In this document: positions 11,323 to 23,244 of the stretch, one piece after another | How the letters are laid out: each line of letters opens with the position of its first letter | How positions within the stretch are numbered: position 1 is the stretch's first letter | Assembly: GCA_951406725.2 (NCBI GenBank) | Contig: OX597839.1 | Coordinates: 33,790,001-33,854,000, forward strand | Direction of reading: 5' to 3' | DNA length: 64,000 nt | Origin: Octopus vulgaris | Taxonomy: Eukaryota | Made by a program: the position numbers and the translations under genes | Notes under the pieces: model-generated | Seen by the model: the letters and a program-made list of their open reading frames with translations, nothing else | Told to the model about the DNA's origin: nothing | Databases searched by the model: none

Positions 11323-12364
11323 TTAATCTGTGGCTCGAAGAATCACCTTTCTCTTCAAGGTGGAATAACAACTTGAAACCTGATCCTTGGAAATCTCTTT
11401 GCATTCCTTCGAAACTTCTGAATTAATATCAGATGATAATGAATGAGATGTCACATCTATCTTTGTTCCTTTCATAAACACTGATTAGACTTTTTATGAA
11501 AAAAGAACCACTTTCCTCAGTTCGGTAAGCAAGGCCTTCTGGAACGGTGGCAAAAGTAACATAGAGATCTGGAACGTTGAAATATTGATCGGGGTGTTCC
11601 TTTTCAGAATTACTTTCGCCAGCGCTGCTACATTCTGCGCCATCCTTGACTTGAATTTCACTTCGACAAGTATTTTCTTTAGTTGAATTAGGTTTAACTT
11701 GACAAGTATTTACATAAATGAGTTTTGGTTTGTCTTTCAGCTCAGGAGTCTTTAGAATGGTATTAATAGTGGAATAAGATAATTCCTTACCATCAGTTCC
11801 AATGATATTCCCTACAGTCCCATGGGACATCAAGAACATAACGAAACAGTCTTCACTGGCTGTACTTTTTTTAGCTTCTTTTGTAATTATATTTTTCATT
11901 TCTTCCGCTGTTTTATTTTTAGCTTCTTTGAAGTTGAAAGCCTTGAAAAGTTCCGTGATACCTTTCACATCCTTTTCGCTTCCGAGCCTTTTCTTGTATT
12001 TCTTCTTATCGTCAAATTCTAAATTATTTATTAATACAACTCGACCGTGTGGTTTGTTTTTCATCGGGTAGACTGTCACTTCGTCTAAAAGATCAAATAT
12101 CTTAAAATGTTTCGACTCTTTCAAGGCTGACATCAATTTCTCTGAATCATACGGAAGTTTTTTATATATATAATCATGTAACTTTCGTGTTTGGTCGTCA
12201 GAATTTGTTTTGGACATTATTTCATTTTCATGTCCCTTAGTCAATAAACCACTGGGCACAGCAAAATCTAAAAATGATCTGATATCGTCCATGTGTTCTT
12301 TAAAATCAACTCGGATTTGCATAAATCGTTGCTGAGAAATTTTATGTCCTTGTTCATTGTTCAT
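11323..12364 (-). CDS. CARD-caspase type A' with +1 frameshift near 11443 (pseudogene, truncated protein or assembly error)
   Basis: The 311-aa ORF has SHG and NTCQ (Cys221). The missing C-terminus (..KRKVILRATD*) is intact in another frame down to 11323. Confidence 0.85.
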
Positions 12365-12731
12365 GTTTGTATAAGATTATAGATGTTAAATCAAGAGAAA
12401 TCTGTAAAAATTATCAATTTTCACTGAGAAAATAAAGTTCAACAGTTTCACTTCCTGGTTTGCGAAGGCAAAAATGTTACGTGTGACGTCAGCCGATGAA
12501 ATCTGACAATGATATTTATATAGTGACACAGGTATATAAGTATGTGTGTGTGTGTGTGCACGCACGTGTGTTTGCGTTATGAATTATAATATGCCATCAT
12601 TAATTCCTCTCTACAATAGTAAATAATAAGTAAAAATATAAATATCTCATTTTGCGTTAAGTACGAAAGTGCGGCGTAATGTTTATAGATGGTTATTGTC
12701 CTTATCTAATAACAAACAACTCGTCTGTCTC

Positions 12732-13293
12732 GTTGGCCAGACGTGATTAATGGGACAGTCGGACAGACGTTGGCCAGACGTTGGCCAGACGTGATTAAAG
12801 GGAAAGTCGGACAGACGTTGGCCAGACGTGATTAAAGGGTCAGTCGGACAGACGTTGGCCAGACGTGATTAAAGGGACAGTCGGACAGACGTTGGCCAGA
12901 CGTGATTAAAGGGACAGTCGGACAGACGTTGGCCAGACGTGATTAAAGGGTCAGTCGGGCAGACGTTGGCCAGACGTGATTAAAGGGACAGTCGGACAGA
13001 CGTTGGCCAGACGTGATTAAAGGGACAGTCGGACAGACGTTGGCCAGACGTGATTAATGGGTCAGTCGGACAGACGTGATTAAAGGGTCAGTCGGACAGA
13101 CGTTGGCCAGACGTGATTAACGGGACAGTCGGACAGACGTTGGCCAGACGTGATTAAAGGGTCAGTCGGACAGACGTTGGCCAGACGTGATTAATGGGTC
13201 AGTCGGACAGACGTTGGACAGACGTTGGCCAGACGTGATTAAAGGGACAGTCGGACAGACGTTGGCCAGACGTGATTAAAGGGTCAGTCGGCG
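12732..13293. repeat. 37-bp minisatellite, long array (~15 units)
   Basis: Same unit as 3732-3895, expanded. Confidence 0.92.
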
Positions 13294-13555
13294 AGCAATA
13301 TAATATTGGAATAAAAGCCTTCTTTGAACGGGTTTATGACAAATTTTATTCAGACTTATGGTTAATGTTTAGGAAATGAAAAGCGAAAAAGAAAAGAAAA
13401 AATACTGGAATGGGTGTAAAACAATGAAAAGGAAGCGAATATGAACAAAAAAAATGCGTGCAAAGCAACGGGAGGGTGGGGAGAGGACTTCGGAAAATTC
13501 ACAAGATCGGAATTTTCCCCTCATTACTATATTTATGTGTGTGTGTGTGTGTATG

Positions 13556-13586
<31 letters not shown>

Positions 13587-13794
13587 CTATATATATATGT
13601 GTACATATGTATGTGTATATATATGTATATAATATATCTATATATATAATATATATATATATCTTAAAGGCGGTGCTCCAGCATAGCCACAGTCAAATGA
13701 CTGAAACATGTAAAAAAGTAATATCTCTCTCTCTCTCTCTGTATATATATATACATATATAACATATATATTTATATGTGTGTGTGTGTGTGTG

Positions 13795-13826
<32 letters not shown>

Positions 13827-14056
13827 GAGGCGCAATGTTCCAGTGGTTAGGGCAGCAGACTCGCGGTTTCGATTCCCAGACCGGGCGTTGTTTGTGTTTA
13901 CTGAGCGAAAACACCTAAAAAGCTCCACGAGGTTCCGGCAGGGGGGGGGGGGTGATCCCTGTTGTACTCTTTCACCACTCTTTCTTCTGCTGGCGTCGTT
14001 CGAAGGCTAAAACAATGCGAATGTGTAGCAACATCTGATGGTCTGGTCAGTCATGG

Positions 14057-14120
<64 letters not shown>

Positions 14121-14342
14121 ATAAATATTAGGGAATAAATCCAACTTTACAGGGGAAAAAATCAGATTTAGGATTAAATCCAATTTTATAGTAAAATATT
14201 ATAAAATATTATTAGAGACAAAACACTATGCAAAACAAACAAGGAATACTTAATCAATACATAAAATTTTAATTTTAATTTTGACTATTTATTAAAATTT
14301 TATGTATTGATTAATGCAAAATAGTGGTTTTGTCTCTAATAA

Positions 14343-14422
<80 letters not shown>

Positions 14423-15296
14423 TAGATAGATAGATATTGAGTGAGAGAGAGAGAGAGAGAGAAAGTAATAACGAGCTAAAGAGAATAACTCAAATGGTTG
14501 AGTAGCTGGAACATGGCTGGTCTGTCGCTGGATGCTGTGTGGTCAATGGTCAATGGTCCTGGACCAAAGTCGAAATAGTCTGTCGATTTCGCCATTTTAA
14601 TTGACTCAAACAATGCATAAGAAAAACAGCGTCACGTGGCCTTAACTGAAGGTTGCGATTGGTTGGTTTACATATTAGCGCGAAATAAAACTGCACCAAA
14701 ACCAACCAATCAGAGCAGCGGACACAACATGGCTAAGCAGCCGAAGGATGGCTGCTATCTGCCACGACGTTATTTGTATTATTTATGTCAGAGAGAAAGA
14801 GAGAGAATGTGTTTCACCAAACGCTACAAACCCTTCGTCGTTATTCTCATTAACTCGTCATTACTTTCTCTCTCTCACTCAATATCTATCTATCTATCTA
14901 TATATTGCACAGTTGGATGGCACTCCAAACGGTTTCCTAATCCAAAATGCTACAGTTTCCCTTCGCATCACGTAGCGTTCCATGCATTTTCTTCCTCTGG
15001 TGCCTGATCAACACCAAGTCTCTTGCATGTTGGAACTTCCTTCTTTTGCCGCCATCCTTATGGTTTGACTCGCTTCGCTAGTCACCACTGTCGCTTTTCT
15101 AGCACCTACACCCTTTCAGCCTCTGCAAGCGACCCACCTCATTTGCAGGTAACATCTTGTCGATGCTTATGTCTCAGCAGCCAACATTGCACTCTCTGAC
15201 ACCTTCACTTCCGCACCCTGTGATTTCCCGTTTCTTGGACGTTAGCTTCCACGCTTGAACGTTCAGCTTTACTTGCTCTGTCTCGCGGAAACCACC

Positions 15297-15590
15297 TTCA
15301 CGTGCAACAAGCTACGAAGAGCTTCTTTCAGTTTCCTTTTTGTAATGTTGCACATTTAATATGCTGCATACACCTTATTGTGGACCTTCTCCTGTACTGT
15401 CGCACTCACACAAATATTATCCAGAACTATGTACACTTAACTTTCACGTGCAACAAGCTACGAAGAGCTTCTTTCAGTTTCCTTTTTGTAATGTTGCACA
15501 TTTAATATGCTGCATACACCTTATTGTGGACCTTCTCCTGTACTGTCGCACTCACACAAATATTATCCAGAACTATGTACACTTAACTTT
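15297..15590. repeat. ~146-bp exact tandem duplication
   Basis: ttcacgtgcaacaagctacg...gtacacttaacttt occurs twice head-to-tail. Confidence 0.9.
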
Positions 15591-16186
15591 GTATTACAAC
15601 ACAAACTGTTTGTTATTTCTTTTTCAAAGAACGTTATTCAAAACATTGTTCCTGCGCATGTTTTCACATTGTAGTTTCATTTTCCATGTTTTGCATTTAA
15701 TTTGATGTGCATAGCTGTGTAGCTAAAGGTTTACTGCGCCAAACTCTGCAATTATACTCCGAATCTATTATGATGCATGAATTACTTTTTACTCTATTTT
15801 ACTCCTTGTTTGCAAGCACATATTTCGGTTACCTCGTTTAGTTTCGTATCTGCCCTGGATCGCTACAATGATTCTGCTTATCGACTGCTCATCTGAGAGG
15901 GGAATGATGTAGTGACACCTGGCGGTTACGACGGCAAGCAAAACGGAAAAGGGATGTAACGAGAGTAATTTCCCTCGAGATCCTTCTGGAAGCTTTCGGT
16001 TTTACGTGTAAGTCGGGGATTTCAGGTCCATCCCTTATATAAGGGAAGAAATTCTAAATTCGCGCTCTCTGTGCCCGTCTAACCCTTAGGCTGGCATTGA
16101 GTCAATATCGCCCGCTCGCGCACCCATTCGCCTTTCTTACTTGGAGACACGTGACTGCAAAACAGAACATATTCATGTAATGAATA

Positions 16187-16585
16187 GGCGCAGGAGTGGC
16201 TGTGTGGTAAGTAGCTTGTTTACCAACCACATGGTTCCGGGTTCAGTCCCACTGCGTGGCACCTTGGGCAAGTGTCCTCTGCTATAGCCTCGGGCCAGCC
16301 AAATCCTTGTGAATGGATTTGGTAGACGGAAACTGAAAGAAGCCCGTCGTATATATGTATATGTATATATGTGTGTTTGTGTGTATGTATATGTTTGTGT
16401 CTGTGTTTGTCGCTCCCCCCCAACCGATGCTGGTGTGTTTACGTCCCCGTCACTTGGCGGTTCGGCAAGAGAGACCAACAGAATAAGTACTAGGCTTACA
16501 AAGAATAAGTCCAGGGATCGATTTGCTCGACTAAAGGCGGTGCTCCAGCATGGCCGCAGCCAAATGACTGAAGCAAATAAAAGCA
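16187..16585 (+). mobile_element. tRNA-derived SINE, family 1 (representative copy)
   Basis: Head ggcgcaggagtggctgtgtgg..gggttcagtccc (A/B-box-like), internal microsatellite, tail ..caaatgactgaa. Other copies at about 17347-17723(-), 20375-20745(-), 30405-31117(-), 33670-34005, 39355-39702, 45779-46180, 50711-51720, 60915-61370, 61816-62190, 62247-62650. Confidence 0.85.
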
Positions 16586-17879
16586 GAAAGGTTATAAGCT
16601 TCCTTCAGTTAACCTCCAGTGAAAAAAAAAAAAAAAGGTTTTCACTTATTACAAGCGTCTCGTGAATTCTATTCTCTTGTTGTATATGCGAGGGATTCGA
16701 AATAAGGGCACCTACCTTTTCTTCGCTCGACGGAGACCTCTCAGCAGTAATGGGCCCCTTCAACGCAGCCCGACCCGAACACTACAAATAGCAGCTGCTT
16801 CTCCCCTACCTTAGCAACGTGCTCACACGTCTGACGCCCTCGGTTAACTCGATCGAAAAAGGCCCCAGTGCTCCCTGCCTGCGCGCGCGTTACTCCTGTC
16901 CCTTCCTCTTCCGGTCAGCCCCAAGTTCCCATCAGCTCCCCAGCTGCCGACCTCATCCCACAGTTATGAGCAAAAACAGTGACTGCCTTTTTCTTTCATT
17001 CCTGACTAAATTATAGAGTGTCATGGAGCCAACGGTACCACCAAAAATGGTCAACCCCGATAACACTAGAGTTAACTTGGTCAGCAACACAACGCTGGAG
17101 ATTAAAGGGCTAATTCACTGGCAAACTATAACTTGAAAATAACGCCTATAACCCTTATTTCCTTGTTGCCGATCACCATGTAGCTCCGATCACCATGTAG
17201 CTCCGGTCATCATCGGAATCGATATCTTCAGTCAACACTCGGCACCTACAATTGGCGTCAAGGACACGCTCGTGTCGTTCTGCACGTCCATGTCAAGCCT
17301 AAAATGCACAGCGTACAAACTACTTCCTGGCATTAATATTTGTCAGTACTCTCTTTTACTTGTTTCAGTCATTTGACTGCGGCCATGCTGGAGCACTGCC
17401 TTTATAGTCGAGCAAATCGACCCCGGGACTTATTCTTTGTAAGCCTAGTACTTATTCTATCTGTCTCTTTTGCCGAACCGCTAAGTGACGGGGACGTAAA
17501 CACACCAGCATCGGTTGTCAAGCAATGCTAGGGGGACAAACACACACACACACATATATACGACGGGCTTCTTTCAGTTTCCGTCTACCAAATCCACTCA
17601 GAAGGCATTGGTCGGCCCGGGGCTATAGCAGAAGACACTTGCCCAAGATGCCACGCAGTGGGACTGAACCCGGAACCATGTGGTTGGTTAGCAAGCTACT
17701 TACCACACAGCCACTCCTGCGCCTTCATTTTCTGAAACAGGTTATTTTCTTTCAAAAGCAATTAGTGTGTTCCACCCCAAAACCAAAGAATTTGAAATAG
17801 AAAAGAAAGGATGTTACAGAGAATAATGAAAACATAACAATGGTGTTGCCATAGTGTGCAAACCAGCTGGGAAAAGTTT

Positions 17880-19440
17880 TATCAAAGTCGATTAGAGTCA
17901 ATCTAGCAAAAACCAAAGTCGTAATAAGTAGGAAGTAGACAAATAACAAATCCCTTCAGGTAGAAGGCCATGCTTGATTTGTAGAAAAGGCGTAGGTAGA
18001 AACTCCAGAAGATGTACCAGGTGTAAGCTATGGACACATAAGAGGTGCAGCAATATCAAAGGAAAGTTAACTGGAAAGATAGTTTTTGTGTGTGGCAAAT
18101 GCTCAGGGGCAATAAGCGCTGAAAATGTGTAGAAAGCAGCTTCCATCACATGCTAGGGGGAAAAACTTGAAGTAGTCGATAGTTTCCGTTACCTAGGTGA
18201 CCAAGTCAGTAGCGGGGGTGGATGTTGTGAGAGTGTAGCTGCTAGAATAAGAATATCGTGGACAAAGTTCTGAGAGTTCCTACCTCTGCTGGTGACAAAG
18301 GGCCTCTTGCCCAGAGTAAAAGGTAGACTGTATGACGCATGTATGCGAATAGCCATGCTACATGGCAGTGAAACATGGGCTGTGACTGCTGAGGACATAC
18401 GTAAGCTTGCAAGGAATGAAGCTAGTATGTCCGCTGGATGTGCAATGTCAGTGTGCATACATGAGAGAGTGTAAACACCCTAAGAGAAAAGTTGGATATA
18501 AGAAGCATCAGATGTGGTGTGCAAGAGAGACGACTGCACTGGTATGGTCATGTGTTGCATATGGATGAGGACAGATGTGTGAAAAAGTGTCACACCCTAG
18601 CAGTTGAGAGAACCTGTGGAAGAGGAAGACCAGGGATGAGGTAAGAGAGTCCAGTTTGCTGGACATTGTTGTAGAGCTGAAAAAGAGGTAATTTCTACTC
18701 TTCTCCTCTGGAAGCCTTCTACTCGCAATACCAGAGGGCGCACACTCTCCTACCCTGATGTAATCTCCAGGGATACAGGCATCCAGCAACAGGACCTCCA
18801 TAATGCTATGATGGATCATGAAGTCTGGCGTAGCATGGTAAATTCCATTGTCTCGACCACGGTCGAACAATGATGATGATGATGGGATGAGGTAGTGAAA
18901 GCACGACCTTCGAACGTTGGACCTTACCGATGCAATGATTAGTGACCGAGACCTTTGGAGACATGCTGTGCTTGAGAAGACCTGGCAAGCCAAGTGAGAC
19001 CGTAACCGTGGCCTATGCCAGTGCAGTATAACTGGTCCATTTAAGAGTACCCTTCAACCATTGGGCAATAAACTGTGCTTGCGAAGACCTGTTGAGTCAA
19101 GTGAAATCATTGTTGTGGCCAATGACAGTACTGCCTGATTGGCACCAGTGCTGGTGGCACGTAAGATGCACTATTCGAGCATGGTCAATGCCAGTTCCGG
19201 CTGACTGATCCTATGCCAGTGGCACATAAAAAGCATCAGTCGAGTGTGATCATTGCCAGTGCCACCTGACTGGCTCCCGTGCTGATGGTACATAAAAAGC
19301 CCCATTCGATCGTGATCGGTGCCAGTGCTGCTTGACTGGCTCCTATGCCAGTGGCATTTAAAAGGCACCATTCAAATGTGGTCAATGCCAGTACCGCCTG
19401 ACTGGCCTTCATACCGGTGGCACATAAAAAACACCCACTA
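17880..19440 (+). mobile_element. Decayed RTE-clade LINE, 3' part
   Basis: Frameshifted peptides LEVVDSFRYLGDQVSSGGG, KGRLYDAC..AMLHGSETWA, RRLHWYGHV, GRGRP, followed by a repeated gccggtggcac 3' UTR. Confidence 0.85.
18644..18883 (+). mobile_element. Nested 5'-truncated LINE 3' end (RTE-like) with (TGA)n tail
   Basis: RVQFAGHC..LLWKP peptide. 11-bp target-site duplication GGGATGAGGTA at 18633-18643 and 18884-18894. Confidence 0.85.
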
Positions 19441-21137
19441 CTAGGAAAGTGGCTCGTGGTATGACATTAACAAAACCTCACTAAATTTAAAAGCAACATA
19501 GAATATTCTCAATTGGTTCTTTACAAAATCACTCATTTTACCCCGATAAACCACTTTCAACACAGAGGTACCCTACCAAAATTTGTAAAATCTTTCAATT
19601 AAAATAAAGGAACACAATGAAATATTATTGCAAAACTTTATTATATTTTTATGTGAAAATCTTGAAGCTGAAAGGAACCGATTCCACCGGAAGTAAATCA
19701 AAGATATGTCATAAATTATATGAGAGATCAGCAACCTGTTTGAGCATTTGTCAGCCATTTTATGTACTTATTTAGAAAGCTCAACATTATTAGTTGTATG
19801 AGATAGTCTCACTCAAAGTTGGCAGTGTATTTCGTCTTTTTATATTGAGAAGAAAATAATTAAAATTATACAATCGTCTTCAGTAATTTAGCAGTGTTTT
19901 TGATTATAAGCACAAATATACGAAACCCAGTATACCCATCATGATAAGGGTACACCAGACACATGCATCACAACCACATGTGCGCGACATGGTGATCTCA
20001 TATCACGATAAACAGCACATGACCTTGCAGGTGGGGCCCAGTTAGAATTTTCTTCTGGTTGAGTAACCCATCTCGCTCAAAAGATCCCTGAATAAGGGTT
20101 GTTTAAGGATGTTGAACGAACCACCCATTGATGGCATGCACTGCTCTCTCGCTCAATAATAATAATAATAATAATAATAATGGGAGAGGAGTGACATGAC
20201 TGAAAACATACACTTTCCTCTTCAGGAAAAGGAAGGCAAGGATTAAGAGGGATATCCTGCCCCACAAGTAATTTTGTCGAAAATTAGGGGACTGTGGCGA
20301 GGATGCTTGGCTGAGTTCAACCCTGGTTCCGTCATAAGGATTCCATTTTCTAAAGATCTCATTATCATTTATCATTGACTTGTTTCAGTCATTTGACTGC
20401 GGCCATGCTGGAGCACCGCCTTTTAGTCGAGCAAATCGACCCCAGGACTTATCCTTTGTAAGCCCAGTACTTATTCTATCGGTCTCATTTTGCCAAACCG
20501 CTAAGTGACGGGGACATAAACACACCAGCATCGGTTGTCAAGCAATGCTAGGGGGACAAACACAGACACACAAACACACACATATACATATATATATATA
20601 TATATATACATATATACGACAGGCTTTTTTCAGTTTCCGTCTACCAAATCCACTCACAAGGCATTGGTCGGCCCGGGGCCATAGCAGAAGACACTTGCCC
20701 AAGATGCCACGCAGTGGGACTGAACCCGGAACCATGTGGTTGGTCAGTTAAAAATTTCCATTAATGTTTCATGTTCATTTGGGTTCCTGACAACAGCTGT
20801 TTTACTTAATTCTTGACTATTTTCAGAGTTAATTGAAACAAAATCAGTTTATTTCGACATAAATATGGTAACAAAAGGGTTAAAGTGATCTAAATTCACA
20901 TCTTCCAGTGAAAGGACACTGACGTCAGAGCGTGCCCTTAAAATATTTGTTGCAGTTGAATTGAGATCAGTCTTTTCCAGGGGACATTCAGGACATGCAA
21001 CGCTTACCTGGAGGGGAATCTGGAAACTCCTTTCATAAACTGACAGAGAAACGGGAATGTCACCATTGTGGGAATTGCAACCATCTTGCTTAAGTGTATT
21101 TCCTTCGAGACTAAAGGAATGTTTTGTTTGCAAGAAA

Positions 21138-21595
21138 ATTGGATACGCCCGTGTGTGTGTGTGTGCAAGAATATTGGATATACCCGTGTGTGTGTGCACA
21201 AGAATATTGGATATACCCGTGTGTGTGTGTGCAAGAATATTGGATATATTCGTGTGTGTGTGTAAGAATATTGGATATACCCATGTGTGTGTGTGTAAGA
21301 ATATTGGATATACCCATGTGTGTGTGTGTAAGAATATTGGATATACCCTGTGTGTGTGGGTAAGAATATTGGATATACCTGTGTGTGTGTGTAAGAATAT
21401 TGGATATACCTGTGTGTGTGGGTAAGAATATTGGATATACCCGTGTGTGTGTGTAAGAATATTGGATATACCCGTGTGTGTGTGTAAGAATATTGGATAT
21501 ACCTGTGTGTGTGTGTGTAAGAATATTGGATATACCCGTGTGTGTGTGTAAGAATATTGGATATACCCTGTGTGTGTGTGTAAGAATATTGGATT
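21138..21595. repeat. ~30-bp minisatellite aagaatattggatatacc(cg)(tg)n
   Basis: About 15 visible tandem units. Confidence 0.92.
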
Positions 21596-21904
21596 TACTC
21601 ATTGAAAATGTTGGTAATTTGACAAGAAAGGAAAGTATGAGAGACAAATTGCATTGAATAAGATAGAAAATAAGGTGAATAGTTGTTGGGTGAAGAGAAG
21701 AAGAGATAGAGCAATGGTGATGCTGGAACTGTATGCAAAGGGTGGGTCACATTTACTGGCAGGGGAGGTGGAAATATTGGGGAAGGATTGGGATGGGATG
21801 ATGGAGGGGCTTCAGACTCAGTGAAGAATTTTAAGAACCTGGAAGAATGGGGGGGGGGGGATTTACAAGAGATATTGGTAAGACTGAATACATATTATCT
21901 CTCT

Positions 21905-22126
21905 GCTACCCACAAGGGGCTAAACACAGAGGGGACAAACAAGGACAGACGAAGGGATTAAGTCGATCACATCGACCCCAGTGCGTAACTGGTACTTAAT
22001 TTATCGACCCCAAAAGGATGAAAGGCAAAGTCGACCTCGGCGGAATTTGAACTCAGAACGTAAAGCCAAACGAAATACGGCTAAGCATTTCGCCCAGTGC
22101 GCTAACGGTTCTGCCAGCTCGCCGCC
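21905..22126 (-). mobile_element. tRNA-derived SINE, family 2 (MetaSINE-like core)
   Basis: Head ggcggcgagctggcagaa..gagttcaaattcc and core gtcgactttgcctttcatcc..ggggtcgataaattaagtaccag. Confidence 0.8.
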
Positions 22127-22199
22127 TGAATACATATAGCAGAGAATTGGTGAAGCCATGAGTCCAATGACAAAGGAAGCGAGATCCAGTTGCCATTAT

Positions 22200-22530
22200 T
22201 GGTGGTGAAAGCAATGTTCAGGTGTTGTCGGAGAGAAAACGGATGAAGAAAATCAATTTAAATTGGAGAACCATATTTCCTTTGATTGGGGAAAGGAATT
22301 CTGTTGTAATTGAAGGAGCTTCTCGCTGAGTTTCGGTCAGCGTTTAGTGATAAGTTGAGTTGTTTAAGGGATTTTAAGACAAAGTTATCTGTTGACATGA
22401 CATCACCACAAGATCATCCTGTGCCGTATTCAGTTATGGACCAAATTCAGAAGGAACAGGATTAAATAGGGAGTCAAACTTAATCTTGTTGGACTTCCCT
22501 CATCGTGTTGGCACCCCAAAGATGATTTTG
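22200..22530 (+). mobile_element. Degraded Ty3/Gypsy pol remnant
   Basis: Fragments KINLNW, LKELLAEFRSAFSDKLSCLRDFK, PVPYSVMDQI and WTSLIVLAP resemble the protease-RT junction (RPVPY...WAxPIVVVPK). Confidence 0.55.
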
Positions 22531-22626
22531 GTTCTGTCAGACAACGTGGAGTCTATAAGAGATCCATAAAGAGTCTGTGACGGAAGTCTTTCCGTCTCGT
22601 TTTCATAAAATGTGCTCAGCAGTCTA

Positions 22627-22990
22627 TGTTAGTTAGTTAGTTAGTTAATTTTTTGGCTCAAAAGCAAAAAGCAAGACCATGTAGGGGGACATGGAATTAA
22701 GTACAGGGTGGTGTTCATGTAAAGATTTCAGGCCATTTGAGGTCAAGGGAGACTTTGAACAAAGCGGTCGTCGGCATTTTCACCATCTTGTCTGGCAGCT
22801 TGTTCCACGGATCCGCAACCCGGACGGAGAAAGCTCATCTCCTTCGATTGAGATGAAATCGTTGCAGATAGAGCTTTTCAGAGTGACCCTGCAGCCGACG
22901 CTCAATGTTATGGACATGCAAATTCCAGCGCTTTATGGGTTAAAAACAGGTGGAAAATTGAGTGAACTTGGTTCGAGTCATGCATATCAG
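22627..22990 (-). mobile_element. CR1-type LINE 3' end with (TAAC)n tail
   Basis: Reverse frame reads FSVRVADPWNKLP..FKVSLD. The same tail occurs at ~50336-50413(+). Confidence 0.75.
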
Positions 22991-23244
22991 CTCAATAAAA
23001 TAAAATAAAGTTCTGCAGAGAAAAGGGTCTAACAAGCACCTCTCTTAAAATTGCTGGCTTTGTGTCGAAGTGAGAAATACTTTGTTTGAAGACGCAGGGT
23101 AAGAATTTATTTTGTGAAATCCCAAATCAGCATAGAATATAGTGGACGGGGGGCAGGTTTGGAAACATATAACGTACATACCATTGTTGTTTAAGTTCTT
23201 CGTGTTTGTAGGGAGCAAGAAGAGAAAATAAGGATAGGATTTGG

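Larger units (their letters stand above)
8975..13760. repeat. Tandem segmental duplicate of ~1-4400 (offset ~9.0 kb)
   Basis: Start-codon offsets are 8974, 8997 and 8998. Intergenic sequence is near-identical and collinear. A third partial copy lies at ~5443-6399. Confidence 0.9.

Noticed and set aside
12732-13293. CRISPR-like appearance of the 37-bp repeats (also 21138-21595 and 54455-55495)
   Set aside because: No unique spacers and no cas genes; eukaryotic minisatellites.
16032-16045. CArG box
   Set aside because: The palindrome has eight A/T bases between CC and GG rather than six.
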